From NCBI GenBank assembly GCA_919902675.1, contig CAKKRH010000010.1, positions 38,614-102,613 of the forward strand: DNA of 64,000 nucleotides. The letters are read 5' to 3'. Numbering within the stretch: the stretch's first letter is position 1; each line of letters begins with the position of its first letter. Shown here one piece after another: positions 51,627 through 62,147 of this stretch. Source of the stretch: Omnitrophica bacterium GWA2_41_15. GTDB lineage: Bacteria; Omnitrophota; Gorgyraeia; Gygaellales; UBA12090. Position numbers and translations under genes: made by a program. Under the pieces are notes generated by a model. It was not told the origin of the DNA. It did no database searches and saw only the letters and a list, made by a program, of their open reading frames with translations.

Positions 51627-54600
51627 TCAGGCTTTCACTAATTTAACATACGTATCATAGAAAGCAACCGACGCCCCCACTAAATCTTCTAAACAGGTAT
51701 TCTTTAAATAAGGGTCTATGCGCATCACGGCATTGGCGTTGATCCCAGCGCCTCGGCGCTTATCCGCCTTGACAATCTTACCGTCAACCAGAATATCTCG
51801 CGCGCCGTAAGCCCAATGGCCGTGGCCTAAAGAAAAAGCAATCACCCCTGGCCTTATCCCCTCAATAACCTTAAGCCGGCCTGTCATCGGCTGGACTTGA
51901 CCCGCCTTTAAATCCAAAATACCACGGGGATTACTCTGGGAAACTATCCTTGCCAAATCTCCATTATTAAACCCCAAGCGCAGGGCATCCCGAGAATTTA
52001 AAAGGATAAAATTTTCCGGCAGCAGGCTTAAGAGCCAATAATTGGAAATAGTCCGGCTCTTACACTGAGCAATCTCCCGATAAGTAATCAGATTCAAATC
52101 AAAACCCTCCGCCTCATCCTCTATAGCCTTACCCTGGGAATCAGCAATGGGTAAATACGCGGCCGTTGAAAGGAAGCCTTTTCCGGTAATGGAATTTTTT
52201 ATCTTTACTAATTTTTCAATGTATATATTAATCTGCTTGCCGTATTTATTCTTTAACTGCTCTCCATCAAAGGCCTTCTCAAAATCCTCAAACCTGCCTC
52301 CCCGGTTCAAGAGATATACCACCTTCTTCCATAATTCCGGAGTCAGGGCTTTGCGCCATTTATCGGCATCGAAAACGCTTCGCGGCAGGTTCCTCCTGGC
52401 CTTCAAGAAAATATCTATTTCTTTATTGTCAGCCTCCGGCACTGCCTTGGAGCCGTCTTTCTCATCGCCAAAGGCGACATTAGCAGCCATCTTTAAATAA
52501 TAATCCTCCGGCCGCAGTAAATCCAGGCCTTCCTTAAATCCGCCCCTGCCAAAACCCGGCATATTCATTATCTGCGCGGCTTTTAAGAAAAAAGCCTCCA
52601 GGGAAATGGGCATTTTTTCTCCAAACACCTCCACCTCTTCCGGGATAGGCGCGACCGCGGGCTGGCGCAAGGGCTGGACCTTCCAGATTACCGAAGGATG
52701 CGAACCCTGAAACTCCCAGCGCTCTAAATAAGAAAGATCCGGAATGATATAATCCGCGTATAACGAGGACTCTCCCACCGTTATATCCGAGGCGATAAAT
52801 AGGGGTATCTTATTACTATCCGCCAGGACATCGGCCTGGGTCTGGCCCGCGGGCAGGGAATAAACAGGAGACCCCATATACATAATCAAGGCCTTTACCG
52901 GATAAGGATAGCCGTCTTGCGCGGAAGGTAATATCTCCTGATAAATATCCGAGGCCATGGGAAACCAGGGGCGCTTAGCCGGATAACCGGAAAACAGGGT
53001 CGTCTCTTCGTATTTTACATCATGGCGAATAATACTGATGCCAAAAGGAGAGATTTTCTTAGGATGCAGCTTCCCCATATCATAAGGCTTACCTTCCTTT
53101 TCTCCGGTATTATCATAAGTGGATGCCTGGGACAGTCCTCCCTGCCAATCAAAATTACCAATCAAAAGATTGAGGGTATACCAGGCCAAAACATTGTAAA
53201 AACCATTGGTATGCTGGGACACCCCCCGGTGAATATCCGCGACCGCTCTCCTTCCGTGGCTGGTAAATTCCTGAGAAATTTCAATAATATCTTTAACCTC
53301 CAAGCCGCAAAGATTAGCCCACTCATCCAGACTAAACCTAAAAGCCTCATCTCTGATTATCACTAAAACTGATTTTACCTTGATTCCGTTAATTTCAGTA
53401 TCAACCAACAAATCCCCCTTAGCCGGATTGTCCGGGTCGTTAGGGTCAAAGGTAACCGCTTGAGATCCGGAATAACAGACAAAATTATCAAATTCGTATT
53501 CCACTAAACTGCCGTCTTTTAAGGTCTTGTTCTTAAGAGGCTTCTCCAATCCCAAATCCGAAGCCCGTAGAAATTCCCCGGGCTTGCCCTCCTTGATCTT
53601 AACCAACCAACAAGCATTACTCCAGTTAGGCTCATTATCCGCCTTGGCCGAAGCCTTATTCGCGTTAGCGAGATATTTAAGATTGTATTTTTCGTTCTCA
53701 ATAATCCAACGGGTAATGGCCAAGGCCAGGGCCGCCTCTGTCCCGGGTTTAACCGGAAGCCACTTCCAGGCCTTAGCCGCGGTTTTAGAAAGGCGAGGGT
53801 CAACTACCACATATTTCAGCTTTCCGGAAACCATGCCCTGGGTAAGCTTATTACTGCGAAAAGGCGGCCCGTAATTAGCCTCAAAGACCGACGCGCCCAC
53901 AAAAATCACAAACTCCGCTCCCGAAAGGTCCGCCTGCCAATAAAACTTTTTGCCCCCTGCCCACTTGGCCTTTTTATCTTTCTCGTCAAAGTCAAATTGG
54001 TCGGACATCGCCTTTCCGGTAAAATAGAGCGAACCCTGGCAGACCGTGGTGTGGCCGTGAAAATTCGTTGAACCAAAAGAATCCTGAATAAAGCGCTTAA
54101 AAAACTCCGAGCGGCCGCTTTTAAGCCGGCCATGAATCCAAAGCAACTGGTTATTCTTCGGGCCGAAATCCGGATGAGCCGGGTCAATCAACTTATCAAT
54201 ATGTTCTTTATATTTTTCTTGAAAATCCTTAACCTTTTTCTCTTTCTCTTCCTTTTCTTTGGTATGCCAGATTTCCTTAATATCAGCGGCCATTGCCTTA
54301 AAAACCTTGGGATCCTGTAATACCCAAATATCTTTTAGCCCCTCAATAACCCTATTCTCTTCACCCGGCACATTACTAAAAAGCTTTCCGCCGTTAACAA
54401 TCTCATTTACCGCCTGATCAAAGGAAATACTCACCCACTTATTTTCACCGCGTTTGCCCGCGCGCTTAAGCACCCGACGGATACGATACGGGTCATAAAG
54501 CGTCTGAATCCCGGATTGCCCTTTGGGACAAATATGCCCGTCAATTGCCGCGGACTCACTCAGAGAAGTTTTATACGGTATATGCGGCCACATTGTCCAG

Positions 54601-54866
54601 GGGCTGTAGGGATTGCCGTCAATCTTAACTACCAAGCCGTCAAGGTGTTTTACTTTTATGGAGCAACCGGTATTGCATTGCAGGCAGACGCTGTTGATGA
54701 TATTCTCAGCCTTATTCAAATCATAAGATGCCTCTTTCATATTATCGGCTAACGCGTCGCGACTTTCCATAAGGGCCGCGCCTAATAATGCTCCGGTCGC
54801 GCTTGAAAGCTGGAGGAATTTCTTCCGGGATAAAGGCTTTTCTAAAAAAGTATTTGTCTTTTCCAT
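51627..54866 (-). CDS. Molybdopterin (MopB-superfamily) oxidoreductase catalytic subunit, Psr/Phs/Ttr-like, Tat-exported
   Basis: Tat-like signal SRKKFLQLSSATGALLGAALM; N-terminal CLQCNTGC...CPKG FeS motif; about 1080 aa. Start moved to MEKTNTF (54864-54866) to remove a 94-nt overlap with the NrfD gene. Confidence 0.8.
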   Translation of the reverse strand: MEKTNTFLEKPLSRKKFLQLSSATGALLGAALMESRDALADNMKEASYDLNKAENIINSVCLQCNTGCSIKVKHLDGLVVKIDGNPYSPWTMWPHIPYKTSLSESAAIDGHICPKGQSGIQTLYDPYRIRRVLKRAGKRGENKWVSISFDQAVNEIVNGGKLFSNVPGEENRVIEGLKDIWVLQDPKVFKAMAADIKEIWHTKEKEEKEKKVKDFQEKYKEHIDKLIDPAHPDFGPKNNQLLWIHGRLKSGRSEFFKRFIQDSFGSTNFHGHTTVCQGSLYFTGKAMSDQFDFDEKDKKAKWAGGKKFYWQADLSGAEFVIFVGASVFEANYGPPFRSNKLTQGMVSGKLKYVVVDPRLSKTAAKAWKWLPVKPGTEAALALAITRWIIENEKYNLKYLANANKASAKADNEPNWSNACWLVKIKEGKPGEFLRASDLGLEKPLKNKTLKDGSLVEYEFDNFVCYSGSQAVTFDPNDPDNPAKGDLLVDTEINGIKVKSVLVIIRDEAFRFSLDEWANLCGLEVKDIIEISQEFTSHGRRAVADIHRGVSQHTNGFYNVLAWYTLNLLIGNFDWQGGLSQASTYDNTGEKEGKPYDMGKLHPKKISPFGISIIRHDVKYEETTLFSGYPAKRPWFPMASDIYQEILPSAQDGYPYPVKALIMYMGSPVYSLPAGQTQADVLADSNKIPLFIASDITVGESSLYADYIIPDLSYLERWEFQGSHPSVIWKVQPLRQPAVAPIPEEVEVFGEKMPISLEAFFLKAAQIMNMPGFGRGGFKEGLDLLRPEDYYLKMAANVAFGDEKDGSKAVPEADNKEIDIFLKARRNLPRSVFDADKWRKALTPELWKKVVYLLNRGGRFEDFEKAFDGEQLKNKYGKQINIYIEKLVKIKNSITGKGFLSTAAYLPIADSQGKAIEDEAEGFDLNLITYREIAQCKSRTISNYWLLSLLPENFILLNSRDALRLGFNNGDLARIVSQSNPRGILDLKAGQVQPMTGRLKVIEGIRPGVIAFSLGHGHWAYGARDILVDGKIVKADKRRGAGINANAVMRIDPYLKNTCLEDLVGASVAFYDTYVKLVKA

Positions 54867-55975
54867 CAGGCTTTTCTCCTTTCTAAGGAAGGAAGCAGCT
54901 TCAATCCCGCGTAAAATAAACCAACAGCCAAAGCAACAATAAATAAACTCACCTGCCACTCATGCAGGCTTGGCACGTAAGAAAACATAAGGCGTTTCTC
55001 AATAAAAGCGCTCTCTAAACCCTTTAATTCCGGAATTGCCAGAGCCGGAATTACGATATTAAGCCGCACGCTCATAAAGGTAATAGCAATTAATCCTGAA
55101 GCAACCGCCGCCTTAATGATATTGGTTTTACTCAACAATAAAAGTAAAGGAATAAGACAGCCCAAGCCGATATGCGCGATCCAAAACACCCACCAAAATT
55201 CACCGAACAAAACCAGCTTCACCGCGTCTATATGATAGGCAATCTGCCCCCAAAGAGGTACTGCCATAACGCTAGCCTCTAAGACGATATTTGCCGCTAA
55301 TAACCCTAAAAGTATCTTGGGAAGAATAATAAATATCTCCTCTTTATCATCTTTGGCAAGGCCAAAAACGATCCCCAGGAAAGTAATAAGCGCTACTCCG
55401 GAAAGAAGCGCCTCAAAGAAAAATAGGACCGGGAATATTGCCGAATGCCAATAGGGCCGGGCACCAATTACCCCAAAGAGTGATCCCCCGCAGACAGGAA
55501 TAGCGATGGCTAAAGGAAACCCTATCAAAAACAAAAAGCGCGCTTTTTCAGCCTTAGCGGAAAAAACAAAAAACACTTGCGTTACAAGCAATAAAAGGTA
55601 AAGGCTATAGAGCCAGACCATCCAACTCATCATTGAAGATGGAGTAGGATAAATAAGGACATACCAAAATCTCTCCCAATGCCCCAGATCCAGAACAATC
55701 GCGACAAGCGCCGCGAGCAAGGTTACCAAACTGGTTAACAAAGAGATTCTTCGTAACTTAGCAAAGCGCTCTAATTTAAAAACTGAAGCCAGAGAAGTAA
55801 AAATGTAGGCGCCGCTGGATAATCCCACCAAATAAATATAAAGCGAAACCCACAACCCCCAGGTTACATAGCTGCCCAAATTAAGCAATTTCTTACCTAT
55901 GACTAAACGCTCTCCTACTGCCATAGCCCCCACGGCAAAACATATTCCCCAGAATATCTTATAGAGCAATCTCAT
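54866..55975 (-). CDS. NrfD/PsrC-family integral membrane quinol-interacting subunit
   Basis: 369 aa, 8-10 TM helices, in the canonical position next to the FeS subunit. Confidence 0.75.
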   Translation of the reverse strand: MRLLYKIFWGICFAVGAMAVGERLVIGKKLLNLGSYVTWGLWVSLYIYLVGLSSGAYIFTSLASVFKLERFAKLRRISLLTSLVTLLAALVAIVLDLGHWERFWYVLIYPTPSSMMSWMVWLYSLYLLLLVTQVFFVFSAKAEKARFLFLIGFPLAIAIPVCGGSLFGVIGARPYWHSAIFPVLFFFEALLSGVALITFLGIVFGLAKDDKEEIFIILPKILLGLLAANIVLEASVMAVPLWGQIAYHIDAVKLVLFGEFWWVFWIAHIGLGCLIPLLLLLSKTNIIKAAVASGLIAITFMSVRLNIVIPALAIPELKGLESAFIEKRLMFSYVPSLHEWQVSLFIVALAVGLFYAGLKLLPSLERRKA

Positions 55976-55978
55976 TTT

Positions 55979-56866
55979 TTACCCCCATATGTAATAGACT
56001 TTTGGCTTGGTGCCTAATTCGCTTTTTAGGGTAGTGATATTTGGCCTGGAAATTAACTCAGAAACCAGGCTATCCGTATCATTATTATCGCCAAAATAGG
56101 TTGCCCCGCCGATACAGGTGGTTACGCAGGCGGGAAGCAATCCTTCCTCTATTCGGTGGATGCAGAAATGGCATTTGCGCGCGTTACCTATCGGAGATAC
56201 GCCATGCTTACGCGGCCACTTCTTTTTATATTCAAAACTCGGACGCGATTCATACTCCTCTACCTTAGGGGTGCCTTCGGTATACTCCTCGCCAAAATCA
56301 GCGGTGCGGGCATTATAAGGGCAGGCAGTAATGCAATAGCGGCAGCCGATACAGCGCTCATAATCTACAACTACAACGCCGTCTTCGCGTTTATGGGTTG
56401 CCTTTACCGGGCAAACAGGGGTGCAGGGAGGATTCTCGCATTGCATACAGGGCCGGGGAGTAAAACGGCGGGTTACCTTAGGAAAAACACCTATCTCTTC
56501 ATCCATCACCGGCCTATACACCACTCCCGGAGGCAGAACATTCTCGGCCTTACATCCGATAGTGCAGGCAGAGCAGCCGATACACTTACGCAAATCCAAA
56601 ACCATTGCCCACTTTCTTTCTTTAAGCGGTTTCTTAAGGGCACGCAGCAAATCTTCCTGCATCCGCAAGAGTTCATTCTTTTGCACTATATCCTGAGGCA
56701 GCTTAGACAAATCAACATCCACCGCCTGCGTTGGCTGCTCTTCCCTGGCCAGGCCCTTCTTTAAACCTAACAAACTGCCCGCGCCGCCGGCTACCGTAGC
56801 AACGCCGGCTAACTTCAGAAAATCTTTACGGCTGAGTTTTTTCTTCTCTTGAGTATCGGTTTTCAC
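55979..56866 (-). CDS. 4Fe-4S ferredoxin-type iron-sulfur subunit (PsrB/NrfC-like), Tat signal
   Basis: [20 protein letters not shown] Tat-like signal; four CxxCxxCxxxCP-type clusters ([40 protein letters not shown]...C). Confidence 0.8.
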   Translation of the reverse strand: MKTDTQEKKKLSRKDFLKLAGVATVAGGAGSLLGLKKGLAREEQPTQAVDVDLSKLPQDIVQKNELLRMQEDLLRALKKPLKERKWAMVLDLRKCIGCSACTIGCKAENVLPPGVVYRPVMDEEIGVFPKVTRRFTPRPCMQCENPPCTPVCPVKATHKREDGVVVVDYERCIGCRYCITACPYNARTADFGEEYTEGTPKVEEYESRPSFEYKKKWPRKHGVSPIGNARKCHFCIHRIEEGLLPACVTTCIGGATYFGDNNDTDSLVSELISRPNITTLKSELGTKPKVYYIWG

Positions 56867-56998
56867 GGCTTCACCTCATATAGAATAATTTCCTCTAACC
56901 CCGCGCCTCTTAGATATGTTTTTTATTGATTATGAAAAGGTGCGGGGTTAATTCAGCCAACGGCTTGCGTTCACTACGCTCCGTAAGCCGTGGCTTCA

Positions 56999-58306
56999 TT
57001 AAAACTGTGTAGCTACAAGCGCGGAAAGCAGGTTATCATCCGCGTCATTCACGCTTGGGCCTGAGTTCTTATTCCAATCGTAACCGAGCTTTAGGATTAC
57101 GTTATCGCTCCAGTGATACCCTCCACCCAGAGAAAAGCGGTCGTATCTGTTAGCGGTAACGCTGTTTAATGTCGCGGTAACATCACCATTCATATCAATA
57201 AAGCTATATCTGCCGGCGGCGTAAAACTTTTTATTCAGATTGTAGATTCCATCCACGAACCCGAAATTACCACTGCGGGTTCTATTGCCGTCATCTTTAA
57301 ATTCGCCGTATGAGAGCCGGACAATTGCCTTGCTATCGCTAAAGACTATGGGCTCAAGCGGTTTTTTGCCTTTACCAAAATCATAGCGGGCATCTAATTC
57401 CCACACGCTCCTTCTCCAGGCCATACCGCTTTGAATCGCGCTGGTTACACCGGCAATAGACATCTCAGAGCTTGAGCTATCCAACTCACCTGAGTTATAA
57501 TAACTGCCGGACACATACAACGGCTCGATAGGGTTATGATATAGTTTTCCCATAAAGGCCTTGCTGGCAGTTGAGTCTGAACCAACTCCTGAATTTCCGT
57601 CAGAAACCGATACCACCCAGCCTAAAGGTTTCAGGCCAATATCCTCCAACTTCACCTTTCCGGCAAATTCCAATCCTTCATCAACCACGGTAGCCCTGGC
57701 CGCGGAATTTGACGGCACTATGCCTTCAACCAGGTTATCGGTCCAGGTTTCCTCGCCGAATCCCAGCTTGAATTTTCCTAAACGGCTGGACAAGCTAAAC
57801 GGTGAATCTTTTAATGCCGGGATAAAATCCTTGGATTGAAGGTAAAAGTAATCCAGGAGCGGGCTTTGGGCGGTGGCATTATTCAGATTAAAGCGCAGAA
57901 CTAAGGTATTTATTTCATCCGGCTGAAATCCGAACTGGAGTTTGGCATCAGGCATTTCAAAAGAGCCGGCGGGATATGATCCGGCTTTACCTGAGTCAAA
58001 AAATCCTAAGGCTGCCCGGCCTTTAATCTTTAGTTTTGATAAGGTATTCGCCAAATCCACCCTCCCCGCCTGCTGCGCCTGAGAAGTTTCCTTTAATTTC
58101 GTCACCTCTTCTTTTGCCTTTTTGCTCTCTTCCTTGCTCACTACCTGCTCTACCTCTAATTTCTCAATCCTCTTTAATAGCTCCTGAACCTGGGATTTTA
58201 AAACTGTCAACTCCTCTTCATTTGAACCTTCGGCAAAAACATTGACCACCGCTATATTAAATAAAAACAAGACTAACACCGCCAACTTAAAAAATCTATT
58301 CCACAT
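56999..58306 (-). CDS. Outer-membrane beta-barrel protein with N-terminal coiled coil (phosphate-selective porin O/P-like)
   Basis: Signal peptide; coiled coil LKSQVQELLKRIEKLE; alternating beta-strand pattern; C-terminal ...LVATQF (terminal Phe). Confidence 0.5.
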   Translation of the reverse strand: MWNRFFKLAVLVLFLFNIAVVNVFAEGSNEEELTVLKSQVQELLKRIEKLEVEQVVSKEESKKAKEEVTKLKETSQAQQAGRVDLANTLSKLKIKGRAALGFFDSGKAGSYPAGSFEMPDAKLQFGFQPDEINTLVLRFNLNNATAQSPLLDYFYLQSKDFIPALKDSPFSLSSRLGKFKLGFGEETWTDNLVEGIVPSNSAARATVVDEGLEFAGKVKLEDIGLKPLGWVVSVSDGNSGVGSDSTASKAFMGKLYHNPIEPLYVSGSYYNSGELDSSSSEMSIAGVTSAIQSGMAWRRSVWELDARYDFGKGKKPLEPIVFSDSKAIVRLSYGEFKDDGNRTRSGNFGFVDGIYNLNKKFYAAGRYSFIDMNGDVTATLNSVTANRYDRFSLGGGYHWSDNVILKLGYDWNKNSGPSVNDADDNLLSALVATQF

Positions 58307-58487
58307 TTTTATCTCCTTTCCTTTTCAATCATCAGCTCTATCTTCTTAGGATCTTTAATTCCGTCAAGATTAAAGACCATACTCAAAATAATCTGTTTGA
58401 TGAAATTTTTTAAAAATGGCTTTAACGTGACATTTTTACCATTAATAAATAATTTCAGCTTAAATTCTTTTCCTATATCCAGCATAT

Positions 58488-59729
58488 CTACTCCAGATAG
58501 GTTACCTCCGCGCTTTCGCCGGCGCGGATAGCCTCCATATCTTCGGGCAATTCCGCGATCCCGTTAGCCAAAACCATTGATCTTAATATGCCCGACCCTT
58601 GAGGCCCGGTAAGAGAGGCATACATCCGGCCGTCCTTATTGGTCAAAATCACCCGCAGAAAATACCTCAATCCCTTTTTCTTCTCAAAATTCCCGCTAAA
58701 AACCGCCGGAAGACGAAGCCTAAAGATATCCTTAGCCCCGGACATCTTTAGAAGCGCCGGGCGCACAAACTGCTCAAAACTAACCATACCGGAGACCGGA
58801 TTTCCCGGCAGACCAAATACCGGAACTTTTCTCATTAAGCCAAAGGCCAGAGGCTTTCCCGGCTTCATAGCCACCCGCCAGAATTTCATTTCCGTGCCCA
58901 CATCCTTCAAAACATCCTTGACAAAATCGTAATCCCCCACCGAAACCCCTCCGCAGACAATTAACACATCCGCGCTTAGGCCCTGGCGAATCTTATCCTC
59001 TATGGCTTTCTTATTATCCCGGGCAATTCCTAACAATATAGGAAGGGCTCCCGCTTTAAGCACCTGCGCGTATAACGAATAGCTGTTGGAATTACGGATT
59101 TTCCCCGGGGCCAGCTTTTGCTTGATTTGTACCAATTCATCGCCGGTTGCCAATATTGCTACTTTTGCTTTTCTAAAAACCTTAATCCGGTTAAACCCCA
59201 AAGACGCCAGCATCCCGATATGACCGGATTTTAGGATTGAGCCCTTAGGAATCACAACCTCGCCCTTCTTAACATCCTCTCCCGAATAGCGGACGTTCTC
59301 CCCCTTCTCAATCTCTTTGAATATCTCAACCAATTCTTTCCTTTTACTGTGGACTGTGGACTGTGGACTGTGGACTACTCTTGTATCCTCCACCATCACC
59401 ACGCTGTCGGCCCCATTAGGCAAGGGCGCTCCGGTCATAATTCTAATTGCCTCACCCCGCCGGATTATTTTGCCAGCGGTATATCCTGCCGCCAAACTCC
59501 CCACCACCTCTAAAATTTTCGGATTCTTTCCTGTCGAGCCTTTTACATCTTCGGCTCGCGCCGCGAAGCCGTCCATGGCGCTGTTATCAAAAGGAGGAAT
59601 GTTTTCTTTGGATTTTATATCCAAGGCGCACACCCTCCCCAAAGCCGATTCAATCTTAATCGGCTCACTCTCTTTTACGCGGAAGATGTTCTTCAGGATA
59701 ATTTCTCTGGCTTGATCTACGCTTATCAT
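58488..59729 (-). CDS. moeA: Molybdopterin molybdotransferase MoeA
   Basis: MTGAPLPNGADSVVMVE and VLIVCGGVSVGDYDFVKDVL motifs, 413 aa. Confidence 0.85.
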   Translation of the reverse strand: MISVDQAREIILKNIFRVKESEPIKIESALGRVCALDIKSKENIPPFDNSAMDGFAARAEDVKGSTGKNPKILEVVGSLAAGYTAGKIIRRGEAIRIMTGAPLPNGADSVVMVEDTRVVHSPQSTVHSKRKELVEIFKEIEKGENVRYSGEDVKKGEVVIPKGSILKSGHIGMLASLGFNRIKVFRKAKVAILATGDELVQIKQKLAPGKIRNSNSYSLYAQVLKAGALPILLGIARDNKKAIEDKIRQGLSADVLIVCGGVSVGDYDFVKDVLKDVGTEMKFWRVAMKPGKPLAFGLMRKVPVFGLPGNPVSGMVSFEQFVRPALLKMSGAKDIFRLRLPAVFSGNFEKKKGLRYFLRVILTNKDGRMYASLTGPQGSGILRSMVLANGIAELPEDMEAIRAGESAEVTYLE

Positions 59730-59736
59730 TTTATCT

Positions 59737-59752
59737 TGTGAAATTTTTCACA
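59737..59752. promoter_or_regulatory. Perfect CRP-consensus-like palindrome TGTGA-N6-TCACA, 8 nt upstream of the moeA start codon
   Basis: TGTGAAATTTTTCACA read directly. Confidence 0.3.
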
Positions 59753-59875
59753 TTACTAAGAAAATAAAAAAGGTCTACGGGTCCACTGCTTACCGCCATC
59801 TCCCGCAGACTTCTTTACTATTAAAAGTATATCACTCAAAAATATCTTGTCAATAAGTTTTTTCCTTAACTGGTC

Positions 59876-60655
59876 TTAACTGGTCAAATCAAACTTCATT
59901 CCGTCGTAGGCGGCGAGGACTTCTGTCCCTAACTCTAGCGATAACTGCTTGGCCAGGGTGTGCGGCTTATGCTGGAGCATAGTCATTCCGAAATGGGTTA
60001 AGATAGCGGTTTTGGGTTTTATGCCTTGGATAATCTTTCGCGCATCGGGAAGGCTTAAGTGGTCTACACCAGGCCTTTCCTCATAAAAAACTACATTGAT
60101 GATAAGCACATCGGCTTTATATAACTGCTCCAGGGCCGGAAAATATTTGGTGTCCGAAATAAGGGCAAGCGAAAAACCAAAATCAAAAATCAGGCCGTAA
60201 GTGGCCACCGGATGAGCCTGCTTAGAAGGCACGCTAAACTTAATTCCACCTATCTGGTAATGCTTTTTTTCTGCTAAGATTTCTATACTGCCCACCACCG
60301 GACGCAGATGCTTTAAGATTACCGGCTCCTCATCCATGGCATCCGCGGGCAGAAACACCGTGCCCCGTTTTTTAAAACCGCCCTCGGTCATCGCCTCAAT
60401 CATCACATTCAGATCATTAGAATGGTCTAAGTGGCGATGAGTAAGGATAATGCCATCTAATTCGGTAGGATCAATTTTAGGCTTGGAAAGAGCGCAGCGG
60501 GTAATACTTCCCGGACCCGGGTCAATAATCAAATTGGTGCCTTGATAAGAAATCCAAATGCCTCCGGAGGAGCGTAGCTGCTTAATCATTACAAAGCGCG
60601 CCCCGGCAGTACCTAAGAATTTAAGGTAATTTTCTTTTTTTAGCAAATTTGCCAA
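59876..60655 (-). CDS. MBL-fold metallo-hydrolase
   Basis: THRHLDHSNDL (HxHxDH motif), 259 aa. Confidence 0.75.
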   Translation of the reverse strand: MANLLKKENYLKFLGTAGARFVMIKQLRSSGGIWISYQGTNLIIDPGPGSITRCALSKPKIDPTELDGIILTHRHLDHSNDLNVMIEAMTEGGFKKRGTVFLPADAMDEEPVILKHLRPVVGSIEILAEKKHYQIGGIKFSVPSKQAHPVATYGLIFDFGFSLALISDTKYFPALEQLYKADVLIINVVFYEERPGVDHLSLPDARKIIQGIKPKTAILTHFGMTMLQHKPHTLAKQLSLELGTEVLAAYDGMKFDLTS

Positions 60656-60685
60656 TCCGTGTAAAAAAATCCCTGTTTATCCTGC

Positions 60686-61213
60686 CTAAAGCCAGAGCTT
60701 CTTCATCTCCTCGGTAATCCTCAGCGCGGATTCTGGCGATAACTTGGGCCTGTTTTCCGGGCCGGGACCTGGCGGTTGTGCCTTAAATATATTCGTAAAT
60801 TCCTGGACAGTTTTTATCCGCGCCTGTAAACGCCTGACACAGCTCTGGATATCCCGGTCATTGGTAACTACTACTATATTTTTAGGGTTAGCCGCAGACT
60901 CAACCAATTCCTTTATCTTCTCATCCGCGCTCATCCCTTGAGAAAAGATAACTCTTGTTCCCGAATCCTGATAAGCCGGCCAGCTTATGGAGGCATTGGC
61001 TTGACCACCTGTGGTGAGCGCGGTCGAACCATCAAAGACCACCGTAACCCGGTTATTTTGACTGCCCTGGGGGCGGCTGATTTTAATAAATTGGATAAGG
61101 CTGGCGCGAGAAAGCTCCAAGCTGGATTTATTCAGCCCGGGCGTCTGTTTGATTAGGTTGTAGCCGTCGATAATGAAGTGTAGAGACATAAAATATGCCT
61201 CCGATAAGGCCAA
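60686..61213 (-). CDS. YacP-like NYN-domain protein (predicted RNase)
   Basis: IIDGYNLI...VVFDG...IVVVTNDRDIQ pattern. Confidence 0.6.
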   Translation of the reverse strand: MALSEAYFMSLHFIIDGYNLIKQTPGLNKSSLELSRASLIQFIKISRPQGSQNNRVTVVFDGSTALTTGGQANASISWPAYQDSGTRVIFSQGMSADEKIKELVESAANPKNIVVVTNDRDIQSCVRRLQARIKTVQEFTNIFKAQPPGPGPENRPKLSPESALRITEEMKKLWL

Positions 61214-62147
61214 GAACGGCGATAACCGCGAAGCTCAGCAGAGATTGAGCCAGGGCGATATCCTTAGACACCCCGGCTTTAGAATAAAAAAAGATGCTTG
61301 AGGCGTCCCTTAAGCCCAGGCCGCTTATGGAAATAGGAATAGTGGTTATAACGGTGATAACCGGATTAAAAACCAGAGGATAAAGCATGTTAATCCTGGT
61401 ATTTAATGAGCGCAGGATAAGATAAGAAAAAAGCGAAGCCCCGGTTTGAATTACTATCGAAAAGAGGAAATTAGCGCAGAGAATACCCCGATGCTGACGG
61501 AAAAAATATATCTCCGAATGCAGTTTCTTGAAATTATCCAAAAATTTACCTCTCTTAGCCCTTCGACTCTGCTCAGGGCTAATCCCGAGCGAAGTCGAGG
61601 GATTAGAAATAGAACGGTTGAGCCGGTTATATATCCCTTGATTGAATAAAATTAAAAATACGCCGGTCAATACGCACGCCAAGAGAGACACCGTGGCGTA
61701 AACTGAAAAATCATCAATCAGCCGATGCCCGAAAATAAGCGAAACTATGGCCACACTTACCAGCCCGGCAAATCCGCTCAAGCGGTCTAAAAGCACGGTA
61801 GCGGCAATAACCCCGTAGCGCTTAGTATGCGCGCCAAGATCAATACTCCGGGATAAATCCCCGCCTATGGTTGAAGGCGTAAACAGATTCAAAAAAAGCC
61901 CGCCGGAGAAAGAATTAAGCGCCCTGATTAAAGGCACATCCACCTTATGAGCATCCAGAAGCATCTTCCAGCGGAAAAAAACCATAATCGTAAGGATAAA
62001 AAATATGACCAGCGCCAGCATAAAATAATACAGGTTTAAGTGGGCTATAACCTTAAAGGTGCCTCTAAAATCTATCTTTCTAAATAAAACAAAAAGTAAA
62101 GCCAAGCTGATAAAAATCCGCAGAGAAGTAGAAATGGTTTTTTTCAC
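61128..62147 (-). CDS. UPF0104 / lysylphosphatidylglycerol-synthase-TM-like flippase-like membrane protein
   Basis: N-terminal KTISTSLRIFISLALLFVLFRKIDF pattern; 8 TM; 339 aa. Confidence 0.6.
   Translation of the reverse strand: MKKTISTSLRIFISLALLFVLFRKIDFRGTFKVIAHLNLYYFMLALVIFFILTIMVFFRWKMLLDAHKVDVPLIRALNSFSGGLFLNLFTPSTIGGDLSRSIDLGAHTKRYGVIAATVLLDRLSGFAGLVSVAIVSLIFGHRLIDDFSVYATVSLLACVLTGVFLILFNQGIYNRLNRSISNPSTSLGISPEQSRRAKRGKFLDNFKKLHSEIYFFRQHRGILCANFLFSIVIQTGASLFSYLILRSLNTRINMLYPLVFNPVITVITTIPISISGLGLRDASSIFFYSKAGVSKDIALAQSLLSFAVIAVLGLIGGIFYVSTLHYRRLQPNQTDARAE

Noticed and set aside
54866-54959. 94-nt overlap between the NrfD gene and the ORF-track start of the Mo-oxidoreductase catalytic subunit
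   Set aside because: The first 31 codons (MAGEFIYCCFGCWF...) precede the Tat-like motif and would bury it; the internal MEKTNTF start at 54864-54866 gives a normal signal peptide and a 1-nt stop/start overlap.
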